Positions 38,701-48,668 of a stretch of DNA of 64,000 nucleotides are shown here, piece by piece (positions within the stretch are counted from its first letter, which is position 1; every line of letters starts with the position of its first letter). The position numbers and the translations under genes are program-made. The DNA is from Planctomycetota bacterium. Lineage in GTDB: Bacteria; Planctomycetota; Planctomycetia; Pirellulales; Pirellulaceae. The notes beneath the pieces were generated by a model. The model ran no database searches, was not told the DNA's origin, and was given only the letters and a program-made list of their open reading frames with translations. The DNA is taken from positions 250 to 64,249 of the forward strand of contig JAGWZB010000001.1 of assembly GCA_018969045.1 (NCBI GenBank), written 5' to 3'.

Positions 38701-39166
38701 TGGCCTAGGGATTAAAATCGAGCCAACCCCACGGCAACCCATCCCATCTGGCAACATTTCTACCCCAAACTTGTTCAGGCCGCTAACAAAAGACTCCTGA
38801 CGAATCCCGATCCTGCCACCAGCGGAGAAGATGACAATGATCAACCGTGTCCGAAGTCACTACCGAAGTATCAACGCCCAAAAAAGGACTGTCGCACAAC
38901 AGGAGTCCATCGATTGCATCGATGGTGAACTCCTAACCGAACTCAACAGCCATGAGGCCCAATCCCAACTCGATGATCTGATCGAATTCCTGTTGGTGAA
39001 ACTCGACCAGGAAGACTCCTCCGGGGAGCTGCGCCAAATCGCTTTGCTCTATCTGAATGAGCACTCAGCTTCTGAAATAGCAAAAATTCTATATAAACGG
39101 AAAACCAACATCTTGCATAAAGTCCAACTCATACGATCGCTGTGGGAGGAATCTCTCTTGCCATGA
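38701..39166 (+). pseudogene. ECF sigma factor (planctomycete kinase-associated type), frameshifted and internally deleted
   Basis: Frame 1 gives ANPTATHPIWQHFYPKLVQAANKRLLTNPDPATSGED (38722-38832) with no in-frame start; frame 2 continues MTMINRVRSHYRSINAQKR...LRQIALLYLNEHSASEIAKIL...IRSLW; about 30 expected codons are missing at the GATG junction. Confidence 0.75.
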
Positions 39167-41934
39167 ACAAAAGTCAGCAGACTCAAAGAGTTTTGACCGC
39201 GGAACTGCATCGCCTGCAAGAGGAACTCGAATCCGACAAAACCCTAGACTCATCTGCGTCCACCCAGATCCAACGCTACAAAACCTTGGAGTTGATCAGC
39301 ACCGGTGGGATGGGCGAAATCTATCGGGGATTCGATCATCAATGCCAACGACCCGTAGCAATTAAAGTCATCCGCAGAGAACTTCAAGGGGATGTTCAAG
39401 CCCGAGGTCGTTTCCATGCCGAAGCCGCATTGACTGCTTCGATGGAACATCCCGGTGTGATCCCAATCTACGGACAGGGTGTCGACTCACAAGGTCGCGA
39501 TTTTTACGCAATGCGGCTTATCAGCGGCGGAAACTCAGGGACTTTCGCCTTGTCCATCCGGCAATTCCACGAGCGATCCTTCTCAAGCACCATCGAGCAA
39601 TCCCGGCTACTTCGTGATCTCATCAGATGCCTCGTCGATGTCGCAGACACCGTCGCTTATGCCCACCATCAAAATATCGTCCACCGAGACCTCAAGCCTT
39701 CCAATATCTTGATCGGACCCTACGGCGAAACTCTCATCGCCGACTGGGGGTTGGCACGACGAATCGATCAGTCCCATTCGATCTATGATCAAACAAGTGA
39801 TTGGTCAGATACCTCCAACTCCAGTCCTGGCGAACCAGCAACCCCGGGCGTGGGGACTCCAGGTTATGCAGCCCCAGATGCCAGTGCCGGCTCACCACAT
39901 GGATCCCTTCGATCCGCCGATATCTACTCACTTGGGGCTATCCTGGTCTGCATCTTAAACAACCAACCCCCAATCACCGGGACTGCGGTTGCTTCTAAAC
40001 TAAACGGTATTCCATCCATTGGAGGGCTCATTGCCATCGCCCAGAAAGCCATCGCTCCGGATTGGCAACAGCGCTACGCTAACGTCGAAGACTTTCGATC
40101 GGACTTACTCATGTGGATCGCAGGCGAACCGGTATCAGCGATGCCCGAAAACTGGATTCAGCAGGCCACCCGATGGCCAGGTCGATACCCCAGGGCCGCA
40201 ACAGGACTTGCCACCGCTGTTGCTTGTACCCTCCTGGCAGGATCGGTCTTCCTTGCTAACCAATCCCGACAAAATCAGATCGTCGTAGCTCAAGCAAAAA
40301 ATCTTCAAATCGCCTTGGATGAGTCCTCAAGCCTCCTGAAACAGACTCAAAAAGCAAACCTCATCGCAGAATCCAGACGCGTCGAAGCCGTCAAAAATCG
40401 CAACCTCGCCGAGAAACGCGAGTCCTTGGCCTTCGATGGCCTACTGAAATTCCAAAACCTACTGGCTACCAATCAACAAATCTTTCAATCTCCTCAATTC
40501 GTCAAGCTAAACGAAACGCTTTCAAACCAGTCGCGAGAAACCTTCAAAGCCATCCTCGATGATCTCAAACAAGATCTCCGTCCAAGCCCTGAAAGCGTCT
40601 CTCGACTTGAGTACATGACCCGACGCGTTGCAACCTCAGATGCGAACTTAGGTAAACACAATCAAGCAAGTGATGTTATCGATCAAGCTTGCCTGTGGAT
40701 GAAAGAGCAACTAGAAGATGCAAACCAACCAAGTGAATCAGCCGAATCGACTCTGACTGCCCTGCGGTTAAACTACGGACGATTGCGAGCTCTCCAAGGC
40801 TCACTGGAAATGCGACAAGGTAGATTCACAGAATCCCAACCGAAATTCCAAGCTGTCGTCGAGATCATCGAGCCCCTCTTGCAACAAGCCGTTCTGGATC
40901 CCCAAGATGCCCACCAAGCACGCATCGTCTTGATGGACGCTTGGTCGGGTCTGTCCATGTACCAAGCTTATCATGGCGATCCCAACCAAGCCAAACGGCT
41001 ACAACAAAACGCGATAGACTGGATCGGTGCTGAACCACCCCGAAATACCGACGAAGCCCTTACCCGGATGCAAATCCATGGCAATATGGCGATCCTCCAT
41101 CAGAAAGCCGGAGAATCCGACCAAGCGCTTAAGCAACTTGCGCTCGCGGCCAAAGATATCGAGGACGCCTTTGGAATGGTCGATGAAAACCCCGCCGGCT
41201 TTGCTACCGAAGATTCATCCATCTTGCCAACCATAGAACTAATTACCAATCGAGCTCGTGTTGCACATCAACGTGCGCAGATCATGATCGCAAACCAAAA
41301 AGCACCCGATGCGATCCCCGTCCTCACCCAGCTGCTAACCAAGGAGTCCGATTCCCTCAGACTAGCACCCTTTAACTCGACCCTCGTGGATCTCTACGAA
41401 AACACCGCTACATCCCTTCTAGTGTTGCTACAAAGCACGGGAAATCATCAACGAGCAAAACTGCTCTCGGACGACTGGACCGCAATGGCCGAAACTCTCA
41501 CCGCTCTGCCGACGACAACCCATGCCCATTGGAACTTACTGATCAATGCCCACCATTGCGCAGGCCACATGTACGAACAACTTGAGCAATACGAATCGGC
41601 TACTGAAAAATACGACATCGCGACTCGAATCTGCAACCAAGCCATCGAGAAAGATATGACAACAGCATTGATTCTCTACCATAAGATGGATCTGCTCTCG
41701 CACCTGTTTCAATTGCATGCCAGGAACACGCCGATAGATCAGATCGAAACCTATTACGACCAGTCGATTCAAGCAGCAACGGAACTAACAAGCCTAATCC
41801 CAGATCCCAACATCGATTACAAAATCGTGCGGCATAGACTCCAACAAGGGATCGATCTCATGCGATCTAATGGAGCTCAAGCGATTGCCGACCGTTGGCA
41901 AGAACAACTCTCATCCAAGAAACTTTTGCCCTAA
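39163..41934 (+). CDS. Membrane Ser/Thr protein kinase with C-terminal TPR-like helical domain
   Basis: STGGMGEIY, VAIK, HRDLKPSN, ADWGLAR, GTPGY, DIYSLG; TM helix about aa 345-365; ATGA overlap with the sigma remnant. Confidence 0.92.
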   Translation: MNKSQQTQRVLTAELHRLQEELESDKTLDSSASTQIQRYKTLELISTGGMGEIYRGFDHQCQRPVAIKVIRRELQGDVQARGRFHAEAALTASMEHPGVIPIYGQGVDSQGRDFYAMRLISGGNSGTFALSIRQFHERSFSSTIEQSRLLRDLIRCLVDVADTVAYAHHQNIVHRDLKPSNILIGPYGETLIADWGLARRIDQSHSIYDQTSDWSDTSNSSPGEPATPGVGTPGYAAPDASAGSPHGSLRSADIYSLGAILVCILNNQPPITGTAVASKLNGIPSIGGLIAIAQKAIAPDWQQRYANVEDFRSDLLMWIAGEPVSAMPENWIQQATRWPGRYPRAATGLATAVACTLLAGSVFLANQSRQNQIVVAQAKNLQIALDESSSLLKQTQKANLIAESRRVEAVKNRNLAEKRESLAFDGLLKFQNLLATNQQIFQSPQFVKLNETLSNQSRETFKAILDDLKQDLRPSPESVSRLEYMTRRVATSDANLGKHNQASDVIDQACLWMKEQLEDANQPSESAESTLTALRLNYGRLRALQGSLEMRQGRFTESQPKFQAVVEIIEPLLQQAVLDPQDAHQARIVLMDAWSGLSMYQAYHGDPNQAKRLQQNAIDWIGAEPPRNTDEALTRMQIHGNMAILHQKAGESDQALKQLALAAKDIEDAFGMVDENPAGFATEDSSILPTIELITNRARVAHQRAQIMIANQKAPDAIPVLTQLLTKESDSLRLAPFNSTLVDLYENTATSLLVLLQSTGNHQRAKLLSDDWTAMAETLTALPTTTHAHWNLLINAHHCAGHMYEQLEQYESATEKYDIATRICNQAIEKDMTTALILYHKMDLLSHLFQLHARNTPIDQIETYYDQSIQAATELTSLIPDPNIDYKIVRHRLQQGIDLMRSNGAQAIADRWQEQLSSKKLLP

Positions 41935-41986
41935 GGAAAAATCGGGCATCTTGTATTCGTCTTCGTGCGACCTAGATGCCACCTGG

Positions 41987-42017
41987 GGTGCCAGATCTAA
42001 CTCTAAGATCTGACACC
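41987..42017. repeat. REP-like hairpin between convergent genes
   Basis: GGTGCCAGATCT-N7-AGATCTGACACC (one mismatch); left arm, with flanking GG, begins GGGGTGCCAG as in the RAYT right cluster. Confidence 0.55.
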
Positions 42018-42068
42018 TTCTGACAATTCGATTTCATCCACGAGCAACATCGCTGTTGCTCAATGTGG

Positions 42069-42671
42069 TTACTTACTTGCAAGAGCCTTCTCGATCGCTG
42101 CGGTCAACTCAGCCGAAGTCGGTTCGACTCCCGATCCGAATCGCCCGACAACGTTCCCCTTGCGATCCAGCAGAAACTTCTCAAAGTTCCATTTGATGTT
42201 TCCTTTGGCCGCAGGCTTGGTGTCGACGCTCGTCAGATACCCATACAGTGGACATGCCTTGCCTTTGGCATCGTCGTTGACATTCACTTTGTCGAGCATG
42301 TCAAAGGTCACTTTGTACTTGCTCGAACAAAACTGCTTGATCTCTTCGTTAGAGCCAGGTTCCTGGCCTCCGAACTGATTGCACGGTACTCCAACGACCG
42401 CCAATCCCTTCTCTGCATACTTGTCATGAAGCTCTTGCAAACCAGTGTACTGCTTGGTGTATCCGCACTTGCTGGCCACATTCACAAACAGTACGACCTT
42501 GCCCTCATACTTGCTCAAATCCACCGATTGGCCATCGATGTTCTTCATGCTGAAAGCCAACGCAGGGGGAGCAGGTTGTGCGGCCTCTTCGGCGAATCCT
42601 GAGGACATCATCGCCATAGCAACGATCCCTGCAAGCAACTTACGCGATCCAAAAAGATTTCTTGGTGACAT
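42069..42671 (-). CDS. Glutathione peroxidase family protein (Cys type), exported
   Basis: VNVASKCGYT (TGC Cys), PCNQFGGQEPG, WNFEKFL; N-terminal signal peptide. Confidence 0.95.
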   Translation of the reverse strand: MSPRNLFGSRKLLAGIVAMAMMSSGFAEEAAQPAPPALAFSMKNIDGQSVDLSKYEGKVVLFVNVASKCGYTKQYTGLQELHDKYAEKGLAVVGVPCNQFGGQEPGSNEEIKQFCSSKYKVTFDMLDKVNVNDDAKGKACPLYGYLTSVDTKPAAKGNIKWNFEKFLLDRKGNVVGRFGSGVEPTSAELTAAIEKALASK

Positions 42672-42754
42672 GCTAAACTCCTGTCCAATAGTGACGGGTT
42701 AACGAAGCGAAATGGATTTCTGAACTACAAACTCTGAAATAGTATTCTAGAGCG

Positions 42755-44041
42755 TCAAGCCTTAGGGGGGGGCGGGATTTTCTCGCCCCGAATCAGATCC
42801 TCATAGGTTTCTCGGGACCGAATGCAGTGGATTTGACCATCTTCAATGAGCAATTCCGGTGCTCGGAAGCGTCCGTTGTAATTGCTGGACATCACAAATC
42901 CATAAGCACCAGCGACTTCCAGAACCAATAGATCTCCCACTTTGGCCGCCGGCAACGACCGCTTAGCGACAAACCCACCCTCTTCCTGGGTGAAAATGTC
43001 ACCGCTCTCGCATAGTGGCCCCCCAACGACGACTTCGACCAACTCGTTGCCAGGAGGCTGATGGCCTCGATGGCATATCGAAATCGGATGGTACGCTCCG
43101 TAAAGAATCGGGCGGGCAAGGTCATTAAAACCCGCATCCAGTAGATAGAAGGTGTTTTGCCCCATCTTTTTGACCGACCGAATCTCCGCGATCAAAAACC
43201 CACTTTCGGCGACCAAATACCTCCCGGGCTCGATCTCCAACCTAAGCCGATGCCCGAAAAGCCCCTCCAAGTGCTTGCGTGTCTGATCCCAAAGCTGGTA
43301 GTACCGTCCCAAATCGACGTAACTCTGGCCTTGCTTATAAGGAACCGGTAATCCTCCTCCAGCACTGATGCTCGTGAGCGTTCGGCCAACTTGCACTGCG
43401 ATCTTCTCAAGCGATTCGCAAACCTGTGACAAATGCTCTAGGTCCGTACCCGAACCAATATGCATATGCAGTCCAGTGATGGCGATGTTGTGCACATCAG
43501 CTAGCCGCAAACATGAATCGATCTCCTCATGCCATATACCATGCTTGGACTGCGGTCCACCCGTGTTGGTCTTTTGGCTATGACCATGACCAAACCCAGG
43601 GTTGATCCTAAGTGTGACGCTCGATCCAGGTGCGACGCGTCCGAGCTGGTCGATCATGTCCGGAGATCCGCAGTTGACATGCAACCCCAAACGTTTGACC
43701 ATCGCCAAGGCTTCTTGATCAAAAACATCGGCGGTATAAACGATTCCATGCGGGTCGCTATGGGGATCAAAACCTGCCGACAAGGCTCTTTGAACCTCTC
43801 CGGCACTGACCGCATCGACGACGACTCCAAGCCTCCGTAAACGATCCAGGATCGCTATGTTCGAACAAGCTTTCTGCGCATAGCGGATGACATCAAAGGC
43901 TTGAAGGTCAGCCACTTTCTGTCGAATCGTTGCCATGTCGTATACATAGCACGGGGTTCCATATTGCTGAACCAAAGATTCGATCAACTGGCCGGCGATC
44001 TGGCTTCGTACCACCGGAAACAATGCATCTGGACTCGACAT
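42755..44041 (-). CDS. lysA: Diaminopimelate decarboxylase
   Basis: YAQKACSN PLP-lysine, HMHIGSG, EPGRY, GPLCESGD, GAYG..MSSNYN. Confidence 0.96.
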   Translation of the reverse strand: MSSPDALFPVVRSQIAGQLIESLVQQYGTPCYVYDMATIRQKVADLQAFDVIRYAQKACSNIAILDRLRRLGVVVDAVSAGEVQRALSAGFDPHSDPHGIVYTADVFDQEALAMVKRLGLHVNCGSPDMIDQLGRVAPGSSVTLRINPGFGHGHSQKTNTGGPQSKHGIWHEEIDSCLRLADVHNIAITGLHMHIGSGTDLEHLSQVCESLEKIAVQVGRTLTSISAGGGLPVPYKQGQSYVDLGRYYQLWDQTRKHLEGLFGHRLRLEIEPGRYLVAESGFLIAEIRSVKKMGQNTFYLLDAGFNDLARPILYGAYHPISICHRGHQPPGNELVEVVVGGPLCESGDIFTQEEGGFVAKRSLPAAKVGDLLVLEVAGAYGFVMSSNYNGRFRAPELLIEDGQIHCIRSRETYEDLIRGEKIPPPPKA

Positions 44042-44087
44042 GTAAACGACTTATCTCCAACAATGAATAAAACTTGAACCGGTTAAC

Positions 44088-44975
44088 CTAAGAACCCATC
44101 CGCTTCTTGCTGCGAACGTTCTGCGAGTATTTTTCCAAGAACTTCTTCTCTTTGCCAGTCAGGGAGTCTTTGCCCGAAGCATGGATCTTCTCCAAAATCC
44201 GATCCGCCTCCTTGGCCTCCAACTCATCATCGCTCAGAGTGGGATCGTCCTGAACATGGATCTTTAACTTCCGACGCTTCCACCACTTTTGAACAGACTG
44301 AACTCCCTCCATGGGATCTTGAAGCTTCGAGAAATTCCAGCCAAGAAAAAAATACAACGTTGCAAACAATATCCCAAACAAGTGGACATCGACCGCGATC
44401 CCTGTCCCCGGATTGGAAAGGAAGTTCGTCAGCACAAAGATAACGCCCAAAACCCACGCAGGCATCGGAAAGATGAAAAAGTAAACCGTCGCATTGGGAA
44501 AGTTGTAGACAAAAAGCATCGAGATACAAAGCACCGCCCCGGATGCCCCAAGGACCGTCGCACTCTCAGGCCTCAACCCCCGAATCACCATGCACAACAC
44601 ACCGCAAAACAATGCCGCAAGCAAATAAATCTTCAGGAACTCTTTGCGGCCATACCGCATTTCAACCGTCCGACCCAAAAAGTACAGGCTCAGCATGTTG
44701 AAAAAGATATGGCTAATCTCGCGCGATGAATGCGCAAAGGCATACGTGATCGCTTTATACCAAGCCCAAGGCTTCCAGAGCGTATCGCTCTGCAGTGCCA
44801 AAGCCTCGTTGACCGAGCCTTGATAAGCCGTCGTCACGCCACCAAACAGCAAATTGACGACAAAAACGATCACGTTCAGGATGATCAACTGCGAAACCGC
44901 AGATTGCTGATTCCACCCCGGACGCAAATCCAAGTCTTGTTCGTTTTGATAATAGCCGCGGTCGTACAACCCCAT
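44088..44975 (-). CDS. Rhomboid intramembrane serine protease with soluble C-terminal tail
   Basis: HIFFNM, GASG catalytic Ser, VH..G catalytic His; C-terminal DRILEKIHASGKDSLT..EK. Confidence 0.92.
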   Translation of the reverse strand: MGLYDRGYYQNEQDLDLRPGWNQQSAVSQLIILNVIVFVVNLLFGGVTTAYQGSVNEALALQSDTLWKPWAWYKAITYAFAHSSREISHIFFNMLSLYFLGRTVEMRYGRKEFLKIYLLAALFCGVLCMVIRGLRPESATVLGASGAVLCISMLFVYNFPNATVYFFIFPMPAWVLGVIFVLTNFLSNPGTGIAVDVHLFGILFATLYFFLGWNFSKLQDPMEGVQSVQKWWKRRKLKIHVQDDPTLSDDELEAKEADRILEKIHASGKDSLTGKEKKFLEKYSQNVRSKKRMGS

Positions 44976-44977
44976 AA

Positions 44978-46813
44978 CTATTGGCCGGGGTTCTCCAACG
45001 TGGGCGGTAGGTTGGACTTCTCCAATTGGAGTTCTGTCCCCTTCACGGAAGCCTCACCGGACTTGGGATTCTCTGGCATCGGAGCCTCAACTGCAGGGAT
45101 CAAATCCCGGGGTGTAATAACCTTGTTGGCCCCAGGACTGGGTGTCACTCCAGGTGAAGGTTTAGAATCCTCACCCTTGATCCCATAAGCCTTTGCCAAA
45201 GGCGTGCTGAAAAAGTCCTCCGGGCTACCAAGCTTCAACGCATCGGCGTTCCAGTCCGCAAGCGTCTTCTCGATATTGAAATCCAAGTAGTCTGCATCGT
45301 AAGCTCGGCGGAACTGCATGAACTCATAAAGCACAAACCGCTCGTCGATGTCTTCGTCGATCAACTTCTTGTAGCGATTGATCGCCTTAAGCACATCTCC
45401 TCCAACATCTTCCGTCATGATGACTGGGTAATATCGAAAAACCTTGTCCCAACGCACAAAGGCATCTTCATACTTCTCGACAGCACCCTTGATGTCCGCC
45501 ACATCGATCAGCTTGTTAGCCTCGAAAATCAGACGTCTTGCATCGACCATCATCTGTTGCTGCTCAGCCAACGCTCTGGTTTCCCAGTACGTGTAGTTGA
45601 CTTGCTCGCGAAGCGATCCAGTCGATCGAGCATACTCCTCGGCAGAGCGCAACTGAGAGGCCAACTCCAACGCTTCGATCTGCTCAGTTCTAGGTAGTTC
45701 GCTTGCAAGTTCCTGGTAGGTCGGCTCGATCGCCAACTGAAACTCCGAGGCCCACATGCGCTCCTCGTTGGTGCGATCATCGATAGGCTTGTCAAACGCC
45801 TTGGCTTTAAGCGGATTGGCTTCTGCAAACTTCTCTCGCTTGGATGCCATCACCTTCTCACGCACCGAAGCCGTTCTTTCAAAGAACTTGTTGCGGACTT
45901 CTTCAACATTCTTCCTAGCTGTATCGAGGCTTCGCAGTGTCACTGGGACATAACCAGTCGTGGCCAACTCCCGGTTCCCGAAATCCTTCCATTCACGGCT
46001 AGCCTTTTCCCATACGAACTTGGCTCGCTCGTCAAGCACTCCCTCGTCTTCGATCGCTTCGCCATGGTACATCTGCCACAACGGTCCATAGCTAAAAAGC
46101 AGGTGAGGTGACTTCTTAATCGGAACCCCAGCCGAGACCAACTGATAAGCCTGTTCGAACCATTGCTTGCCGACCAACCAATTGTCGGGTTTGCGATCCG
46201 GTCCCAACGCATCGTCGGATTTAGCATTCAAGCCCTGCTCGACGAAATACTTGTGAAACTCGTCATCGTTGCGGAACAGCTCACGGTACTGAAGCTTCTC
46301 GTCGGCTTTGCCCATCTTGGCACCCAAATATTGGCCAAGATCGTATTGAAGAATAGGCTTGCGAGCATTGAACTTGGTCCCTTTGACCAAGTAATCGATC
46401 CCTTTCTTAACCCACTCATACCGTTGACGGTAATCATCGAACTCCGGCGAAACGTTGTAACTAAGGTTGTGCGCTTGGTGCTGCCAAACACTGATCATGT
46501 GTGGCTGTAACAATGCAATCTGATTGAGAGTAGCGCTGAATCGATCGAAAAACTTCTCTTCCTTGTAGTGGTCAGCTTGAAGCCACAAAATCGTTGCGGC
46601 GATTCCCCGTAATCCCAACGTAGCAAGCTTCATGCTCTCGCTAGCTGGATCGAGCTTTCCTAAATCCGCTTGGCCAATCGAGTAGCGACTGCGAAGCTCA
46701 GCGATCTTGCCCGAGCCCTTCGTCGGCGGCTTACCCAAATAAAACAATGGGAAAAGCAGTGCTACCATGGCCAAGATGTAGATGATCTTACGACTCAAAG
46801 AACGATTGTTCAC
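44978..46813 (-). CDS. Conserved hypothetical membrane-anchored helical (TPR-like) protein associated with ABC transporter
   Basis: N-terminal TM; DPASE.MKLATLGLRG.A..ILW, QPH...VW..QAHNLSYNVS.EFDD block; GTGA-type overlap with permease. Confidence 0.75.
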   Translation of the reverse strand: MNNRSLSRKIIYILAMVALLFPLFYLGKPPTKGSGKIAELRSRYSIGQADLGKLDPASESMKLATLGLRGIAATILWLQADHYKEEKFFDRFSATLNQIALLQPHMISVWQHQAHNLSYNVSPEFDDYRQRYEWVKKGIDYLVKGTKFNARKPILQYDLGQYLGAKMGKADEKLQYRELFRNDDEFHKYFVEQGLNAKSDDALGPDRKPDNWLVGKQWFEQAYQLVSAGVPIKKSPHLLFSYGPLWQMYHGEAIEDEGVLDERAKFVWEKASREWKDFGNRELATTGYVPVTLRSLDTARKNVEEVRNKFFERTASVREKVMASKREKFAEANPLKAKAFDKPIDDRTNEERMWASEFQLAIEPTYQELASELPRTEQIEALELASQLRSAEEYARSTGSLREQVNYTYWETRALAEQQQMMVDARRLIFEANKLIDVADIKGAVEKYEDAFVRWDKVFRYYPVIMTEDVGGDVLKAINRYKKLIDEDIDERFVLYEFMQFRRAYDADYLDFNIEKTLADWNADALKLGSPEDFFSTPLAKAYGIKGEDSKPSPGVTPSPGANKVITPRDLIPAVEAPMPENPKSGEASVKGTELQLEKSNLPPTLENPGQ

Positions 46814-48588
46814 GCTGCCATCTCCCGCGTCTTGAGGAAGAAGTAACTCACCAAGGCTGTCAATACAAAATAACCAAACGCAATCGTCAAATGACGGGCC
46901 AGCAGTCCGCCAAACAGATTGTATCCGTAGGCCACGAAATTAGCCGTGTCCAATTGAGAGAAATTCGGAACCGCATTCCTTAGCTGCGATACCGCCGCCA
47001 AAATTCCCCGGTCAACCATTAAGATGCCCGTCTGCAACGCTTCGTTCCCCAAATCCAAATCGATCTGAGATCCCATCTGCGTCGGCAGTCTTATCAACGA
47101 CTCGATCGGACCACCACCCTTGGAAGTGGTTTCCACCAAATCGTCGACAAAGAAACCAAAGAACCCAAGCACCAACGCTGCAACCGTCGCAATCACAGCC
47201 ACCGGCCCGGAAAGGAATGTCGAGAACATGACTCCAAAGCAAATCACAATGAACATCTGCAGCCAAATGCTGATGTAGCCTTTGACAAAGTTCCACCAAA
47301 ACTGCAAGTCCGCTGGCCGCAAATAAATGTCAGCCGCTGCCATCCCAAGATACTGCCCACGGTCCTGACATCGAATCACCACCTCGAAATTCCCATCCGG
47401 AGCAATGTCCTTAAAGAAATCCAAGTCCGCAGGCCTGTCTTCAATGAAACCCTTCAGCTTTGTACGCACCGATCGGCGGTCGACCTGAAACTCCTTGACC
47501 TTGAACGGCTCGTCCTCGCTCTTGACCTTACCATCAATGCTTCGGAAGTGAATCAACCCACCCACCGGAGTGACAATGTCGCCCTTGTAAGTCCTAAAGG
47601 CACTGATGGTCAAGTCATAGAGCATCACGTCCTTAAACAGCGACTTGTCGACCCCCTCGAATCGCCACACCGCTCGCGAAAGTGAGTCGCCCTCGATGTA
47701 CTTCTGATACTCCGACATGTAACCGACATTGTACCCTTCGTTGATCTCCCCATCCCGGCCAGTGAAGGACAACCCTTTGGCGTAAATCGGAATCCGAGCC
47801 GTCAAATCATCGATCGGACCACCCACGACCACCTTGTCACCAACCTTGGTCACAATATGACGGTGACCCTTGACCTCGTTGGTCGTCCCTCGACCCTCAG
47901 AATTGAGCGTGTAAGTATGCCGATGCCGGTTGTCAAAGGACGTTTCCCCAGACCTGCCACTCGGGTCGATCGACTCGACGCCATGATCGTGATCCAGACC
48001 CCGAACCACGAAAATGTAACTGAGCAATCCCATGATCCCTAGAATCAAAGTCCCGATGGCAGCAAACCCGAAAACTCTGCCTAAGAAAATCTCCAAAGGC
48101 CGCACCGGTTTGGTCGTGATCGTGTAAATCGTCCGACTTTTGATGTCCGCAGGAATGCTGAAGCAACTGATAAAGAGCCCCAACAGCAGCACCAAATAAT
48201 TGGTGGCTGTAAGTACAAACGATAAATACAGCCGAGCCGGATAGTCGGCGTTGGGATCCAAATACCAACCCGCAAACATCATTGCCACAATGAAAATGGC
48301 GATCAAAACCAGGATCTTCTTGCGTATCGATTCCTTCACCGCAAGTTTCGCAACAGCGAAGATTCGCCGAAACGACATCTTGGGCAAATCGACAGTAAAA
48401 AGCTGTCCGATGATCTGAGAGACCCTTAAAAATCCTTCCGACGGCCCATGCTTAACAACCGAAATGATGTAGCCAACAACGAAACCCAACAAAGCCAAGA
48501 TGACCGACAAAATCGCGCCATCGCGAAGCGCATTGTGCTGAAACAACCACTCGCTGTAGGTCCAAAAATGATCAGGATTAAGCCGCAT
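46810..48588 (-). CDS. ABC transporter permease (ABC-2-like) with large soluble insert
   Basis: Multiple TM helices; IPADIKSRTIYTITTKPV...EIFLGR motif; HxH repeats in the insert. Confidence 0.85.
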   Translation of the reverse strand: MRLNPDHFWTYSEWLFQHNALRDGAILSVILALLGFVVGYIISVVKHGPSEGFLRVSQIIGQLFTVDLPKMSFRRIFAVAKLAVKESIRKKILVLIAIFIVAMMFAGWYLDPNADYPARLYLSFVLTATNYLVLLLGLFISCFSIPADIKSRTIYTITTKPVRPLEIFLGRVFGFAAIGTLILGIMGLLSYIFVVRGLDHDHGVESIDPSGRSGETSFDNRHRHTYTLNSEGRGTTNEVKGHRHIVTKVGDKVVVGGPIDDLTARIPIYAKGLSFTGRDGEINEGYNVGYMSEYQKYIEGDSLSRAVWRFEGVDKSLFKDVMLYDLTISAFRTYKGDIVTPVGGLIHFRSIDGKVKSEDEPFKVKEFQVDRRSVRTKLKGFIEDRPADLDFFKDIAPDGNFEVVIRCQDRGQYLGMAAADIYLRPADLQFWWNFVKGYISIWLQMFIVICFGVMFSTFLSGPVAVIATVAALVLGFFGFFVDDLVETTSKGGGPIESLIRLPTQMGSQIDLDLGNEALQTGILMVDRGILAAVSQLRNAVPNFSQLDTANFVAYGYNLFGGLLARHLTIAFGYFVLTALVSYFFLKTREMAA

Positions 48589-48668
48589 GATGAGAATGTC
48601 CGCTGTGCGTAGTCAAAACCAACTCAGGAGATACCAACCAATAAGTAAAACTCGAAAACGAACCGAAA

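Noticed and set aside
42069-42671. Selenocysteine glutathione peroxidase
   Set aside because: The active-site codon is TGC (Cys), not TGA
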